From contig CBFDEM010000022.1 in NCBI GenBank assembly GCA_965603825.1, positions 62,001 through 126,000 of the forward strand: DNA of 64,000 bases. Reading direction: 5' to 3'. The notes beneath the pieces are model-generated. The model ran no database searches, was not told where the DNA came from, and was given only the letters and a program-made list of their open reading frames with translations. This DNA comes from Blepharisma stoltei ATCC 30299. Lineage: Eukaryota; Protista; Ciliophora. Positions 1 through 13,000 of this stretch are shown in pieces. A program made the translations under genes and the position numbers. The stretch's first letter is position 1. Each line of letters opens with the position of its first letter.

Positions 1-2839
1 ATCACTATTACGCAAATCTAATGCAATTTTCATATATTGCTTTGCGTAGATCTGCCAAAGGGCATCCTCCGCTTTTTCTCTAACATCAATATCATCAGCA
101 GTATCAAGTTTCTTGTACTCATGAATGATAAAACAAGCTTTTTTATATTTAGTAGGGATGAAAATCCCATCAGCCTTCTTTCTAAATCTATTTGGTGCTT
201 CGGAATGTAATGTATAATTTGAATCTTCTGTCATAATTGAGGCCAGCATCGCCATTCCTCCTAGTAAGATTTGAAAGTCTGCCTCTGTTTTACTAGTGTT
301 ATCTGTCATCTGATCAAGGACCATTGATTGCATTAGATTCTTGAATTCGGTTTTATCATCTAAGGTGATGTTAAATTTCTCAACTATCTTACCAATATCA
401 ACTTTTCCTAAGCCTATTTTTCTGTTAATTCACTTTAAAAGCAGTGAGTTGTAAAAACTCTTTTTTATTTCTCTATTAGGGACTACATATATTCAAGCGC
501 TCACAATGTTTTCCTTTTCCTTTTTAGTTATGTTATATGGTGTTAAATAGCCAAAATGTAGCAATAGCGAGAAAAATTTTTTTGTGCTGTTGAAATCTAA
601 TGGCAAATCTATATAGGAATCAATTTCTTCTCTTAATTCAAGATAGCCATTTTTCATTATTTCAAACAATTGATCATAAGATTCTAGGGAATTAAATGCT
701 GAGACCAGTGGATTAAGGTTATTAGTAAAGATTCAATAAGGCTTGAGAGGATTTCTATCTTGAGATTTTGCTTTTTCTATGCAATTTATTATTGAATGGG
801 GATTGTAAATTCTTTGTCCACTGATATTGTATCCGTTGCATCACAACTTAATTAATTCTTTTTGCTCTAATATTTCCTCATCTGTGTTACTCTCCAAGTT
901 TCGTTCGATTAGAGTATTTATCTCTGATTCTGTGAAGCCAAAAAATTGGGAGTATTCTATATTATTAACAGTATATGTATTAAAGCTGTTTATTCATGAA
1001 AACTGTGTCCCTCTAATAGGTAAAATGCCTACCAAAATCACTTTAAAAACAAAATCAGGTGTTTGTGCGCATATTCGGGCCAGGATATCTTCTATTATTA
1101 TTAGTAATCCATTTTGGTATGGAGTATTTATGAAACGACTAAAAGGGCTATCATAATCATCCACAATAATTATTGCATTCTTCTTGTAAAATTTATGTGT
1201 CAATAATATTTTCAAGAACTTTTATGCTTTTATTTTTATAATTTATTACTACATCTGGATTTTCTGAAAGATAATTTTTGATAACTTGGTCCAAGGATTC
1301 CCGATACTGTTGGTGATATTCCAAGTATGCGTCTTTGATTATATCTAAAACTGCACTCTGGTAATATTCCTCTACAGACTCATTTTCAAATATTTTTCTT
1401 ATATTGGAAAATCTTAATAAAATTGTTGGAATTTTCCCAGCATAGTTTTTGTAATAATAACCATTTTTTTCAGTTATTATTTTTAAACATTTTGTTTTGT
1501 CCAGGTTATCAACATAAATGTTATCTTTTCCACCAGTGAACAAGTACAAATTTTTAAAATTCCCAGAAGCATCCTTTCTTGGATGGAAAAAAGTTTTTAG
1601 CATGTTTATATTTAGAGTTTTCCCCCATTTTTGCGGACGGAAGATTAATATATTGGTATGACCATTATCTAAAATTTCTTTGATGAGTAATGATTTATCA
1701 ATATAGCCATCTTTATTCCTAACTGCCTTTTTAAAGCTACCGGAATCAGTAAACCATTTCCCACCAGATCTAGCCCTCATGATTGCTTGATTTGTTTGAG
1801 GTGTTAAACTTTTAATTTGCGGTAGGCGATGTGGTGTAGTAAATGTATCATCAATTTTAAATTTAAGATATCATGAAGAGCCTTTATTTTTTATTGTTCT
1901 AATCAAATTTATCGCCTCTCCTCATAAATCTGATTGCTTATACTCTCAAAGAGTGCAAAGTTGGTGGATTATTAAATTTTTTTGGATGAATTCCATTTCT
2001 TTTTCAAGCGCTTCCCAGGCTGAGATTTCATCAATCAATGCACAAATGATTTCCTTATTTACAATTTCAATCTCATTTGAGCTATAATTCGGCTGAGGAA
2101 GAGGGACATTTGGACTCTTGTCTAATTCGATGCTATGCACACCTAGAATATCTCTCAGCTTTAAACTAAAGGATGGGCAAAAACCACGAAAGGGCTCTAA
2201 AAACTCCGTGCTTCCGCTTGAGATCAGCATAATTGCGTTGAAAACAGACCATAATCCGCTTTCATGAGGATGCTCATGAAGCTTAAGACTTATTTCTTCA
2301 ATATTTACATTAGGAAAGAAGCCTCCAAATTTCAAGGTAGGGCCATTCTCTCCAGAATTCCTAATCTTGATTTCTTTTTGTATCAAATATTTCATAAGTT
2401 TCGGTATTTGCAAACCTAACCCGAAAGAGTCTATTAAAAATACAGTTTCTGAAGCTCTTTCGAGAACATCTCCATGAATAAGTGTGTGATTTTTTGGAAG
2501 AATCACCATCATCTGCCATAATGAATTTGATTCTGAAACTTGGCTGAGGATTTTTGATTCTCAAAATGTAACAAGCGGCTTTAGAAGAGCAAATCTATCG
2601 CTCTCAAGTGATTGACTTATAGCTGAGATATAAAATAAGACACCTGATGTTTCATCTTCGAAGGCGGGAGATTTTCCATTTGAAATATCAGGGCCTATTA
2701 TATGAATTCGATCGCCATAAATCAGTTGCAAAGCTTCTTTTATGCCATAAGCAGTTGAGCTAGGAACTGTAGAGCAAGATTCTGGCCACTCTGGGAGGTC
2801 CAAGAAGAATTTGTACAAATTGGCTTCCATATCAGTCAT
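1..2839 (-). pseudogene. CE-like + AAA-ATPase-like + PD-(D/E)XK gene, copy 1; frameshifted by a ~107-110 bp deletion at ~1195; runs off window start
   Basis: ORFs 2561-2839, 1946-2512 and 1193-1780 are one frame joined by TGA=Trp. Motifs YIDKS and RPQKWGKT are present. TAA at 1193 arises at the deletion junction; IIVDDYD, FGFTESE and IHEYKK continue in another frame. Confidence 0.85.
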
Positions 2840-3119
2840 TATTTTATTAAAAGGGGCTATTGGGTTTTTATATTTTCCTTAATTATTTTATGTATTAATT
2901 TTAGAAATAAATATAGAGGCTCTCAAAGTTGTAAAAAAAGGCATCTTCATTGCTTACAAGGTCTGCAGAGCTGCTAATAACTTTGATTTCTAGTCTATGC
3001 TTCTTGATCAGTTTGAGTTTTCAATATATTAATGAATTTGATGAGTCCAAAATTTTTGGAAATGTGATCATTTTTGGGCGCTTTTAAAAAAGTTAATAGA
3101 TCAGAAAGCTACTATTTTG

Positions 3120-3610
3120 ATTATTACACTTATCAAAGTATGGAGACTTATTAAAAAATGATTTATTATCAACACTGCTAGATTTCGAGATTAATCATAT
3201 CAATCTTGCAGTAAGGTTGTAAGCATTATGCCAAAACTCACAATCAGTCTTGCTTATAATAAGATAAGAGATGATGAAATAAACCAATGCAAGAGTAAGG
3301 TTTTCTTTTAGGTGGATTATCATGATTTAAGAAATTTTCAGGGCTGATATTTGCTAATTTGCTAGCCAAAAGAGAATATAATTTCCCATGAGAAAATTCT
3401 TCATGCGTTATGCTTGATATCGGCTTGAGGAATATCCTGACGCAAGCTTGATTCATATTTTAAGCTGATAAAATATCGAAAGAATATTCGTCCCAATCTA
3501 CTAAAATCAACCTGGAGCCCCACAAGCAATGTTCCGGATCATAAGCACATTAAGCAAGCTCCTGTCTATAAGTCTCCATCTAACTAATTTTATTTTTAAT
3601 TTAAACTCTA
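3120..3610. repeat. Repeated intergenic unit of the AAA-nuclease array; partial copies at ~7140-7408, ~9090-9268 and inverted at ~35846-36120
   Basis: Shared blocks such as TATCAAAGTATGGAGA, CAATCTTGCAGTAA and GCAAGCTCCTGTCTATAAGTCTCCATCTAA. Contains a 12-bp inverted repeat at 3140-3151/3568-3579. Confidence 0.8.
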
Positions 3611-3654
3611 AGGAAATTTAATCAAAGCAAAAATATTTCACATGCAATTAAAAA

Positions 3655-6600
3655 TTATTTATCGTATAATTTTGGCTTTTTGCCTAGTTCAATTTCATCA
3701 TAGTCAAGCTTGCGTTTCATCACTAAGCCTTCTTCTCCTTCAATGTAACCATAACTATCGCCACCAATATTTTTGATAAGATCGCCAATTCTTTCTGCAC
3801 CGAGAGATCTTCTTTCTTCAATTTTTTCATTTTGAGACCCACTTTCTCCACATAATTTGGCTGATGCAGCCAATATTCCCCCGCTGGCTGAACTAAATTT
3901 TGTATTTATAATGGAAGCAAGATTGAAGTCGAAAGAATGCTCTTTAATCAGCATACTTCATTTATAACTATATTGAGCTTTAAAGAAAACAATACCACGG
4001 ACTATCATTTTGTCAAAATAATTGTAATGCTGATCACTATCACGCAAATCTAACGCAATTTTCATATACTGCTTCGCATAGATCTGCCAAAGGGCATCCT
4101 CCGCTTTTTCTTTAACATAATTAGCATCAGCAGTATCAAGTTTCTTGTATTCATGAATGATAACACTAGTTTTTTTATATTTAGTAGGTATGAAAATCCC
4201 ATCAGTCTTCTTTCTAAATATATTTGGTGCTTCGGAATGTAATGTATAATTTGCATCTTCTGTCATAATTGAGGCCATCATCGCTATTCCTCCTAGTGAG
4301 ATTTGAAAGTCTGCCTCTGTTTTACTAGTGTAATCGGTCATCTTATCAAGAATCATTGATTGGATAAGATTTTTGAATTCAGTTTTATCATCTAAGGTGG
4401 CGTTAAACTTCTCAACAATCCTACCAACATCAACTTTTCCTAAGCCTATTTTTCTTTTAATTCACTCTAAAAGCAGTGAGTTGTAAAAACTCTTTTTTAT
4501 TTCTCTATTAGGGACTACATAGATTCAAGTGCTCGCAAGGTTTTCCTTTTCCTTTTTAGTTGCTCTATATGGTGTTAAATAGCCAGCATGCAGCAATAGT
4601 GCGAAAAAAATATTTGTACTGTTTAAATCTAATGCCAAATTTATATAGTTATAAATTTCTTCTGATAATTCAAGATAACCAGTTTTCATTAATTCAAACA
4701 ATTTATCATAAGATTGCAGGGCATTAAATGCTGAGGCCAGTTGATTAAGGTCATTAGTAAAGATTCAATAAGACTGGAGAGGATTGCTATCTTGAGATTT
4801 TGCTTTTTTTAAACAACTCATTATTGAGAATGGATTGTAAATTTTTTCTCCACTAATATTGTATCCGTTGTATCACAGCTTAATTAATTCTCTTTGCTCT
4901 AACATTTCCTCCTCTGTATTACTCTGGAAGTTTCGCTCTATTAGAGTATTTACCTCTGATTCTGTGAAGCCAAAAAATTGGGAGTATTCTATATTTTTGA
5001 TTGTAAACGTATTATATTTGTTCATATATGAAAATTCTATCCCTTTAATAGGTAAAATGCCTACCATAATTACTTTCAAAACAAAACTAGGTAAATCTGT
5101 TCATATTGAGTTCAGAATATTTTCTATTATTTCTAATGCTTCATTATGGTGAGGAGCATTTATTGCACGACTAAAAGGGGCATCATAATCATCCACAATA
5201 ATAATTACGTTCTGCTTGTAAAATTTATGAGCAAATTTAGCAAGATTAGGCACAGCTTCTGATAGCATTTCTAATGAACTATTATTATCTTTGCAATCTC
5301 TAAACTCTTGAATATGCAATGGTAAAGTTATTTTATATGCATCGATTATACTTTCAAGCTCTAATATGTTTGTATTATCATAATCTATCACAATATTTGG
5401 ATGCTTTGAAACATAATTTTTGATAACCTCATCCAATAATGTGCAATACTCTGGGTAATATTTCGAGTATGCTTTTTTGATTATTTTTGAAAATTCAGTG
5501 AGGTAAAATTCATTCACAGGGTTATTGCCTAATTTTTTTATTTTGGAGAATTTTAGAAAAATTGTTGGAATTTTCCCAGCAAAATTTTTGTAATAATCGC
5601 CATTATCTTCTGTTATTATTTTTAAACATTTTGTTTTATCCAAGTTGTTAACATCAATGTTATCTTTTCCACCAGTGAACAAGTACAAATTTTTAAAATT
5701 CCCAAAAGCATCCTTTTTTGGGTGGAAAAAAGCTTTTAGCATGTTCATATTTAGAGTTTTACCCCATTTTTGCGGACGTAAGATGAGTATATTGGTGTCA
5801 TCATTAATTAAAATTTCTTTGATGAGTAATGATTTATCAATATAACAATCTTTATTCATAACTACCTTTTTAAAGCTTTCGGAATTAGATAACCATTTAC
5901 CATGAGATTTAGCCCTCATGATTGATTGATGTGTTGGAGGTGTTAAACTTTTAATTTCTGGTATGCGATATGGTGTGCTAAATATATCATCAGATTGAAA
6001 TTTTTTATGTAATTCTTCCAGAGGAGCTTTTATTCTTCTCATAAAATTTTGCGCCTCTACTCATGAGCCTGATTGCTTATATTCCCAAAGAGTGCAAAGT
6101 TTATTGATATTTAAATATCTTTGGATGTATACCATTTCTTGTTCAAACACTCCCCAGTGTAAGATTTCATCAATCAATGCATTCCTGATTCCCTCATTCA
6201 CAAAATCAAGATCACTTGAGCTATAATACAGCTGAGGAAGATCATTTGGACTCTTGCCTAATTCGATATTATGCTCATCTAGAATAGCACTCAGCTTTAA
6301 ACTAAAGCATGGGTCAAATTTACTAAAGGGCTCTAAAAACTCCGTGCTTCCGCTTGATATCAGCATAATTGCATTGAAAATAGACCACACTCCACTTTCA
6401 TGAGGATACACATGAAGCTTAAGACTTTTTTCTTCAATATTTACATTAGGAAAGAAGCCTCCACATTTCAAGGTAGGGCCTTTCTCTCTAATCACGATTT
6501 GTGTTTGTATCAAATATTTCATAAGTTTCGGTAGTTGCAAACCTAGCCCGAACGAGTCTATTAAAAAGACAGTTTCTGAAGCTCTTTGGAGAGCTTTTCC

Positions 6601-6954
6601 ATCAATAAGTGTGTGATTTTTGGGAAGAATCACCATCATCTGCCATAATGAATTTGATTCTGAAATTTTTGATTCTCAAAATGCAACAAGTGGCTTTAAA
6701 AGAGCAAATCTATCACTCATAAGTGACTGATTTATAGCTAAGATGTAAAATAAGACACCTGATGTTTCATCTTCGAAGGCGGGAGATTTTCCATTTGAAA
6801 TATCAGGGCCTATTATATGAATTCGATCGCCATAAATCAGTTTCAAAGCTTCTTTTATGCCATAAGCAGTTGAGCTAGGAACTGTAGAGCGAGATTCTGG
6901 CCACATTGGGAGGTCCAAGAAGTATTGGTACAAACTGGCTTCCATATCAGTCAT
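3655..6954 (-). CDS. CE-like + AAA-ATPase-like (PF09820-type) + PD-(D/E)XK nuclease (PDDEXK_9-type) protein, copy 2, 1099 aa, intact
   Basis: 3300-nt single frame with only TGA interruptions (gaps read by hand). Motifs YIDKS, RPQKWGKT, IIVDDYD, FGFTESEV, WYNGY, YNPFS, LLHAGYLT, VPNREI, E..KKTDG..IIHEYKK..ALWQIYAKQY. Confidence 0.9.
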
Positions 6955-7504
6955 TATTTTATTAAAAGGGGCTATTGGGATTTTATATTTTCCTTATTAA
7001 GATTTAAGAAATTATCAGGGCTGCTTTTTACAAATTTTGCAAGGCTGAAAGAGATTATTAGAACAGAATCAATAAATTTCATGTAATAAAAAGAATTATG
7101 AAATATATCGGCTTCTAATCTAGATATACACTCTAATATTTATAATTCCCATAAGAAAGCTTCGTCATGCGTTGTGCTTGATATCGGCTTGAGGAATATC
7201 CTGACACAAGCTTAATTCCTATTTTAGAGTTATCTAGAGTCATAACAAGACCTTCTAAAAGAAGCTTAAGCTGATAAAATATCTTAAGAATTTTCGTTCC
7301 AATCTACTAAAATCACCACAAATAACGTTCGGGATCATAAGCACATTTAGCAAGCTCCTGTCTATAAGTCTCCATCTAAATAATTTTATTTTTAATTTTT
7401 AACTCTAAGGAATTCTTCCAATGAATTATAAATTTAACGCAAACTCTTACCTAGACATATGAAAGTATTTGCGAACTCTCATTTATCCTCAATATGAAGA
7501 CGCT

Positions 7505-8922
7505 TAGAAAAATTGTTGGAATTCGCCCAGCAAAATTTTCTAATAATAACCATTATCTTCAGTTATTATTTTTAAGCATTTTGTTTTGTCCAATTTGAAC
7601 TTAACATTATCTTTTCCACCAGTGAACAAGTACAAATTTTTAAAATACCCAGCATCATCATTTCTTGGGTTGAAAAAAGTTTTTATCATATCCATATTAA
7701 GTGTTTTCCCCCATTTTTGTGGACATGAGATGACTATATTGGTGGAACTAGTTTTTAAAATTTCTTTGATGAGTAATGATTTATCAATATAGCTATCTTT
7801 ATGCAGAACTGCCGTTTTAAAGTTTTGGGTATTCATTATCCAATTGCCTCCAGATTTACCCTTTATGATTGATTGATCTGTTGGAGGTGTTAAACTTCTA
7901 AATTTTGGTAGGCGATTTGGTGTGCTTGATATATCATCAAATTTAAATTTAAGACATCATGAAGAGTCTTTATCTACCTACCAGAGGAGTTTTTATTCTT
8001 CTAATAAAATTTATCGCCTCTCCTGATGAGTCTGATTGCTTATACTCTAAAACAGTGCAAAGTTGGTGGATATTTAAACAGTTTTGGATGAATTCTATTT
8101 CTTTTTCAAGCACTCCCCAGTGTGAGATTTCATAAATCATTGCACTACTGATTTCCTTATTCATAAATTCAATTTCATTTGAGCTATAATTCGGCTGAGG
8201 AAGAGGCCATTTTGACTTATGTCTAATTTGATATTGTGCTCATCTAGAATAGCACTCGGGTCAAACTTACCAAAGGGCTCTAAAAAGTCACCGTTTCCAC
8301 TTGAAATCAGCATAATTGCATTGAAAACAGTCCACAGCCCACTTTCATGAGGATGCTCATGAAGCTTAAGACTTTTTTCTTCAATATTTACATTAGTAAA
8401 GAAGCCCCCAAATTTCAAAGGAGCGCTATTCTCTCCAGAAATCCTAACCTCGATTTCTCTTTGTATCAAATATTTCATAAGTTTCGGTATTTGCAAACCT
8501 AACCCGAACGAGTCTATAAAAAATGCAGTTTCTGAAGCTCTTTCGAGAGCATTTCCATGAATAAGTCTGTGGCTTTTTGGAAGAATCACCATCATCTGCC
8601 ATAATGAATTTGATTCTGAAGATTGGCTGAGGATTTTTGATTCCCAAAATGCAACAAGTGGCTTTTTAAGAGCATATCTATCACTCTTAAGTGATTGATT
8701 TATAGCTGAGATGTAAAATAAGACACCTGATGTTTCATCTTCGATGGCGGGAGATTTTCCATTTGAAATATCGGGGCCTATTATATGAACTCGATCGCCA
8801 TAAATCAGTTTCAAAGCTTCTTTGATGCCATAAGCAGTTGAGCTAGGCACTGTAGAGCAAGTTTCTCTCCAAGTTAGGAGGCTTGAGAAGCATTGGTACA
8901 AACTGGTTTCCATATCAATCAT
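7505..8922 (-). pseudogene. AAA-nuclease family copy 3, truncated pseudogene
   Basis: Homologous N-terminus. 18-nt deletion (FDP/SAIL), frameshift near 8205, TAA at 7970, TAG at 7540; similarity ends near 7505 shortly after Walker A. Confidence 0.85.
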
Positions 8923-9326
8923 TTTTTATAAAAGGGACTACTCTACTTTAATATTTTCCTTACTCTCTTTTATTCTTTTTCGGAGTTTTGCTTGGGAGTT
9001 CTGGAATGGTGGTGGAAGTACTGTTGGAATAATTTTAGGAATAAAATAATTCTTTCTTGGAATAAGAGATTAAAAAGCTAAAAATTAATTATTACGCTTA
9101 TCAAAGTATGGAGAACTTATTAAAAAATGATTTATTATCATTATACTGTTAGATTTCGAGATCAATCATATCAATCTTGCAGTAAAGTTGTAAGCATTAT
9201 ACCAAAACTCACACTAAGTCTTGTTTATAATACGATAAGAGATGATGAAATAAACTAATGCAAGAGTAAATTGAGTTAAGTTAAATTAAATTAAGTGTGA
9301 TAATTCCATGATCGGATTAGCTACTA

Positions 9327-9865
9327 AATTCAAAATTGTAATAAATTGATGAATTTGGTCAACTGTGAGGTGAGGCTTGTCCTTGATAAATTCCACAATT
9401 TTTTAAAACCATCAGGTTTGCCTGTTAGCAAAAAGTAAAAAGTTTGTAAAAGCTTCTTCGTTTCCTTCATTTTCTTTTTCTCAGAGTTCTTTTACAGCTT
9501 TATCTAAATCATATGTATTGTAAGTGTATCGATTATCATAGAAAGGCTTGTCCTCGTCGAGGATTTTTTTAATCATCTTAATTTTTGATAAAAAGGATTA
9601 GGATTTTTTTGAGAAGTTCATTAACTTGGAATGTAGTAGACAATGAAAGGTGAGAACATTTTTTATCGAGAAGAGCACGAACTACCTGAGGCAGATGAGA
9701 ATTGATAAATGTATGAGATTGGTCTGAAGACATGAGATTTTGATCAAATTCAGAAATTTGTGACTCAACTTCGATTAATGATAATTGCAAATCAAGATCG
9801 TCACGATTCAGATTAGCGCGGAGGTCTGCGTAGGAGATTCTATAATCTTGTTTGGCTTCTGACAT
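9327..9865 (-). pseudogene. 5' fragment of the USP gene (mirror of 26788-27406)
   Basis: First ~90 aa identical to ORF 26788, followed by two internal deletions, a TAA stop and truncation. Confidence 0.9.
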
Positions 9866-10052
9866 TTTATATAAAGGAATGAATATTCTGTCTTTATTAG
9901 ATGGTATTTAAGTGGTAAAATGTTTTATATAAATATGATAGAATTTTTAAATAGTTATTCTTGTGGATCTAAGGCAGAATATTATTATATTTTCAATATT
10001 TCAATAAAAACATAGATAAATACATAATCCTATTAAGAAAATTTATAGAAAT

Positions 10053-13000
10053 ATGCAGCATTCTTCCAAACTCGGCTCACCGGGTACTCAAAATTCTAAA
10101 AATCGATCCAAGAAGCACCTGAGCAACGATTTGCAAAACTCATGCACTAGAAAAATATATTCACCAAGTAGAGATAAATTCAATGATAATGCAAGGATAG
10201 CCAGTTATGGTCATTCAGGTGATGAAGATCAATTATTCGGGCAAAACCTCACTCCAAGGTCTGATCAAACTTTGAAAAATGTAGAAACTATGTGATTTGA
10301 AAGCGAGCTTACAAAAATTATAAATGAATTGAATGGATTTGCGCCAAATAAAACTAGACTGGAAAGCATGCCCTCAGTAATTTTGGAAAAAATTAGAGCA
10401 ATGAAGAGTAATGAAAGAATTTTACAGCAAAAATTGGATGAGATGATGAATAATGCAAATTATAAGGTGATATTTATGTAGAATCCTAACTATAGAGGCA
10501 ATGAAGAAGTTTTTAAAAATAAAATCATTGAAAAGTATCAAAAAAAGATCAATGAACTGAAGCAGAGCCTACAGAAAAAGTATCAGGAAGAAATTAATGA
10601 GTTAAAGCAGATACTAGAGCAAAAAGAAGCAATTTTAAACTCACAAGAGTCCACCATGAAAGATTATTGAGATCGTGCAGTAGAACTTAAGAATAGATGC
10701 GCAGAATTACAAAAAGAAAATGATATCATAAAATCTCGAAATGAGCAGCACTTGTCTAGAAGTCCAAATAGAAATAATGTTGAATCAAAAACGGAAACAA
10801 TTGAAAAAATATATAGAGACTTGGAAACCTCAAACTTGGCCTTAGAAAGAGAAAATAATAGATTAAAAGAAAAAATTCAAAATTTGAGCAATCAATCAGT
10901 TGAAAAGTCAAACATTTGGCGTAAATCTGAATTAGAAAATAAAAGAAGTAATAACGATATGCTAAAAAAAGAAATAAAAGATTTGAAGCAAGAGTTAACT
11001 GCTTTAACCGAAGACAAAAGGCAACTTATTAATAGTGAGAATAATTATAAAAGAAAAATCGAAAAATTGCAAAAAGAAATAAAAGAAAACAGCCAAATAC
11101 CAAATATTGGGATTCTTGAAAACAACTTATCTAAGGCATCATCAGTAATAAATGAATTGCAAGAGAAAAGTCATAATCTTGAAGAGTGCAATAGCCAGCT
11201 ATCAAAGCAAAATGAAGATTTACGATCAGAAATAATTGATTTAAAACTAAAATTAGCAGGATCAGAAAGCAATTCCAATTTATATCTTACCTCAAAGATA
11301 AATTATGATAGACTCTTATCTGAGTCAAAGTCAGAGAAAAACAGATATGAAAGGCTGATTAAGGAATTAAGAGAAGAAATCGAAAAATTAAATAGAGAGC
11401 TTCACTCTTCAAATCAAAGTAAAAAAGAATTGCAAAAGAAAAATGATGATTATTGGCAAAATTTCAATCAAGCTTTAAATGATATTGCAGCAAATGAAGC
11501 TGACATTAAGAGACTTAAAGATGACTTAGAATCCAAAGATCTAATAATAAGACGCTATATAAAAGAAGTTCAAAGTCTTGAAAATGATAAAATTAAACTT
11601 ATAGAGCAGATAAATAGCTATGAAAATATAAGGCTGCGTGCTGAAACTGAGCTTTATCCATTGAATCAAAAAATTAAAACACTCGAAATTGAAAATAGGC
11701 GTTTTGCTCAAGAAAATTCAAATTTGAGAGAAAATGCTAAAGAATTAGAAACTGATATTAAGCAGGCTAAGAATCTTTTAAATGAAAACCAATCCATAAA
11801 ACAGAAAATTAAAGATCAAAACAGTGAACTTGAAGCAAAAATAATAGCAAACGAGGGATTAAGAAAAGAATTGAGCGAATTAAATAATAAACTAGCAGAA
11901 GAAACATCTAAAAACCAAATTCTCTCAACACAATTAAAAAAACTTCAATATGATAGCAAAGCAAGCGCCAATACCATAGGAGACCTGACTAAAAGAAATG
12001 AATCATTGCAATCTCAGCTTAAAAAGCAATCAGAAGAAAATAGTAATTTGAAAGAGGCTATTGACGACTTGAGGAATGAATTCTTAACAGAATGTGAAAG
12101 ATCAAAAAAAGTCGAAAATAAAATAGAAATGATTGTAGAGAAAATATCGAATTATGAAGAAATTGAAATTGGCCACACTATAGACGGAGGTTTAGATGAT
12201 TTAGCATTGGCTGTCAATAAAATAATAAAAAAAATCATAAGCCTGAATAATGAAATTGACAAAGATGGTATGGAAATTAAAGAATTATCTTATAAAAATG
12301 ACTCTCTTTTAAATGAAATTAACAGATTGAAAATTTAAGCTCAGTCCTTAAAAAATAAATTTATAATCGAAGATGATAAAGAAAAGATAAAAAGTTTAGA
12401 AAGATTATATAAAGATTCATTAGAAAAATTAGAAGCGGCTAAAGAAGAACTTGAAAATAGAGCAAAATTGAATCAGGAGTTTGAAGATAAACTAGGAGGA
12501 CTTATCAATCTAAACGAAGAGCTCCAAGATGCTTTCAAAGAAATGAACTCAATCCCTATAAATCAAATGAAGAAAAATTAGCAACAAAACTCAAAAAATA
12601 TAAAGACATGGTTAAAGATCTAGAAAAACAAAACTCAGATCTTTTATATGAAAATTTAAATTGGAAAAATAAAGAAAGCAACTATATTCAGGCAAAAGAA
12701 GATATTGAAAAGCTAAAAGTCACTGTTAAAAAATTATCGAATAACTTTTTGAAAGAAATACAAAGTAAGGATGCAATAATATCAGACTTAAATAAACAAA
12801 TTGAGATTAACCGGAATAATTTTCAAGCAGAAATTAAAGCCAAAGAGGACAAAATTTTTGAGCTAGAGAATGATATTGAAGCTTTAATTGAGGACCAAAA
12901 GGACCAAGAACATGATTTGATGCCATATGGAATTATTGAAGAAAAGTTGAGTAAGGAGAGAGAGGAGGATAAAAGTAGAATTAATAGAGAATTGCAAGAA

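Noticed and set aside
1-8922. Multi-gene bacterial operon, or heavily nonsense-mutated pseudogenes, suggested by the many short ORFs
   Set aside because: The pieces are in one frame separated by TGA at Trp positions, so they are single genes. Flanking genes with spliceosomal micro-introns argue against a bacterial contig.
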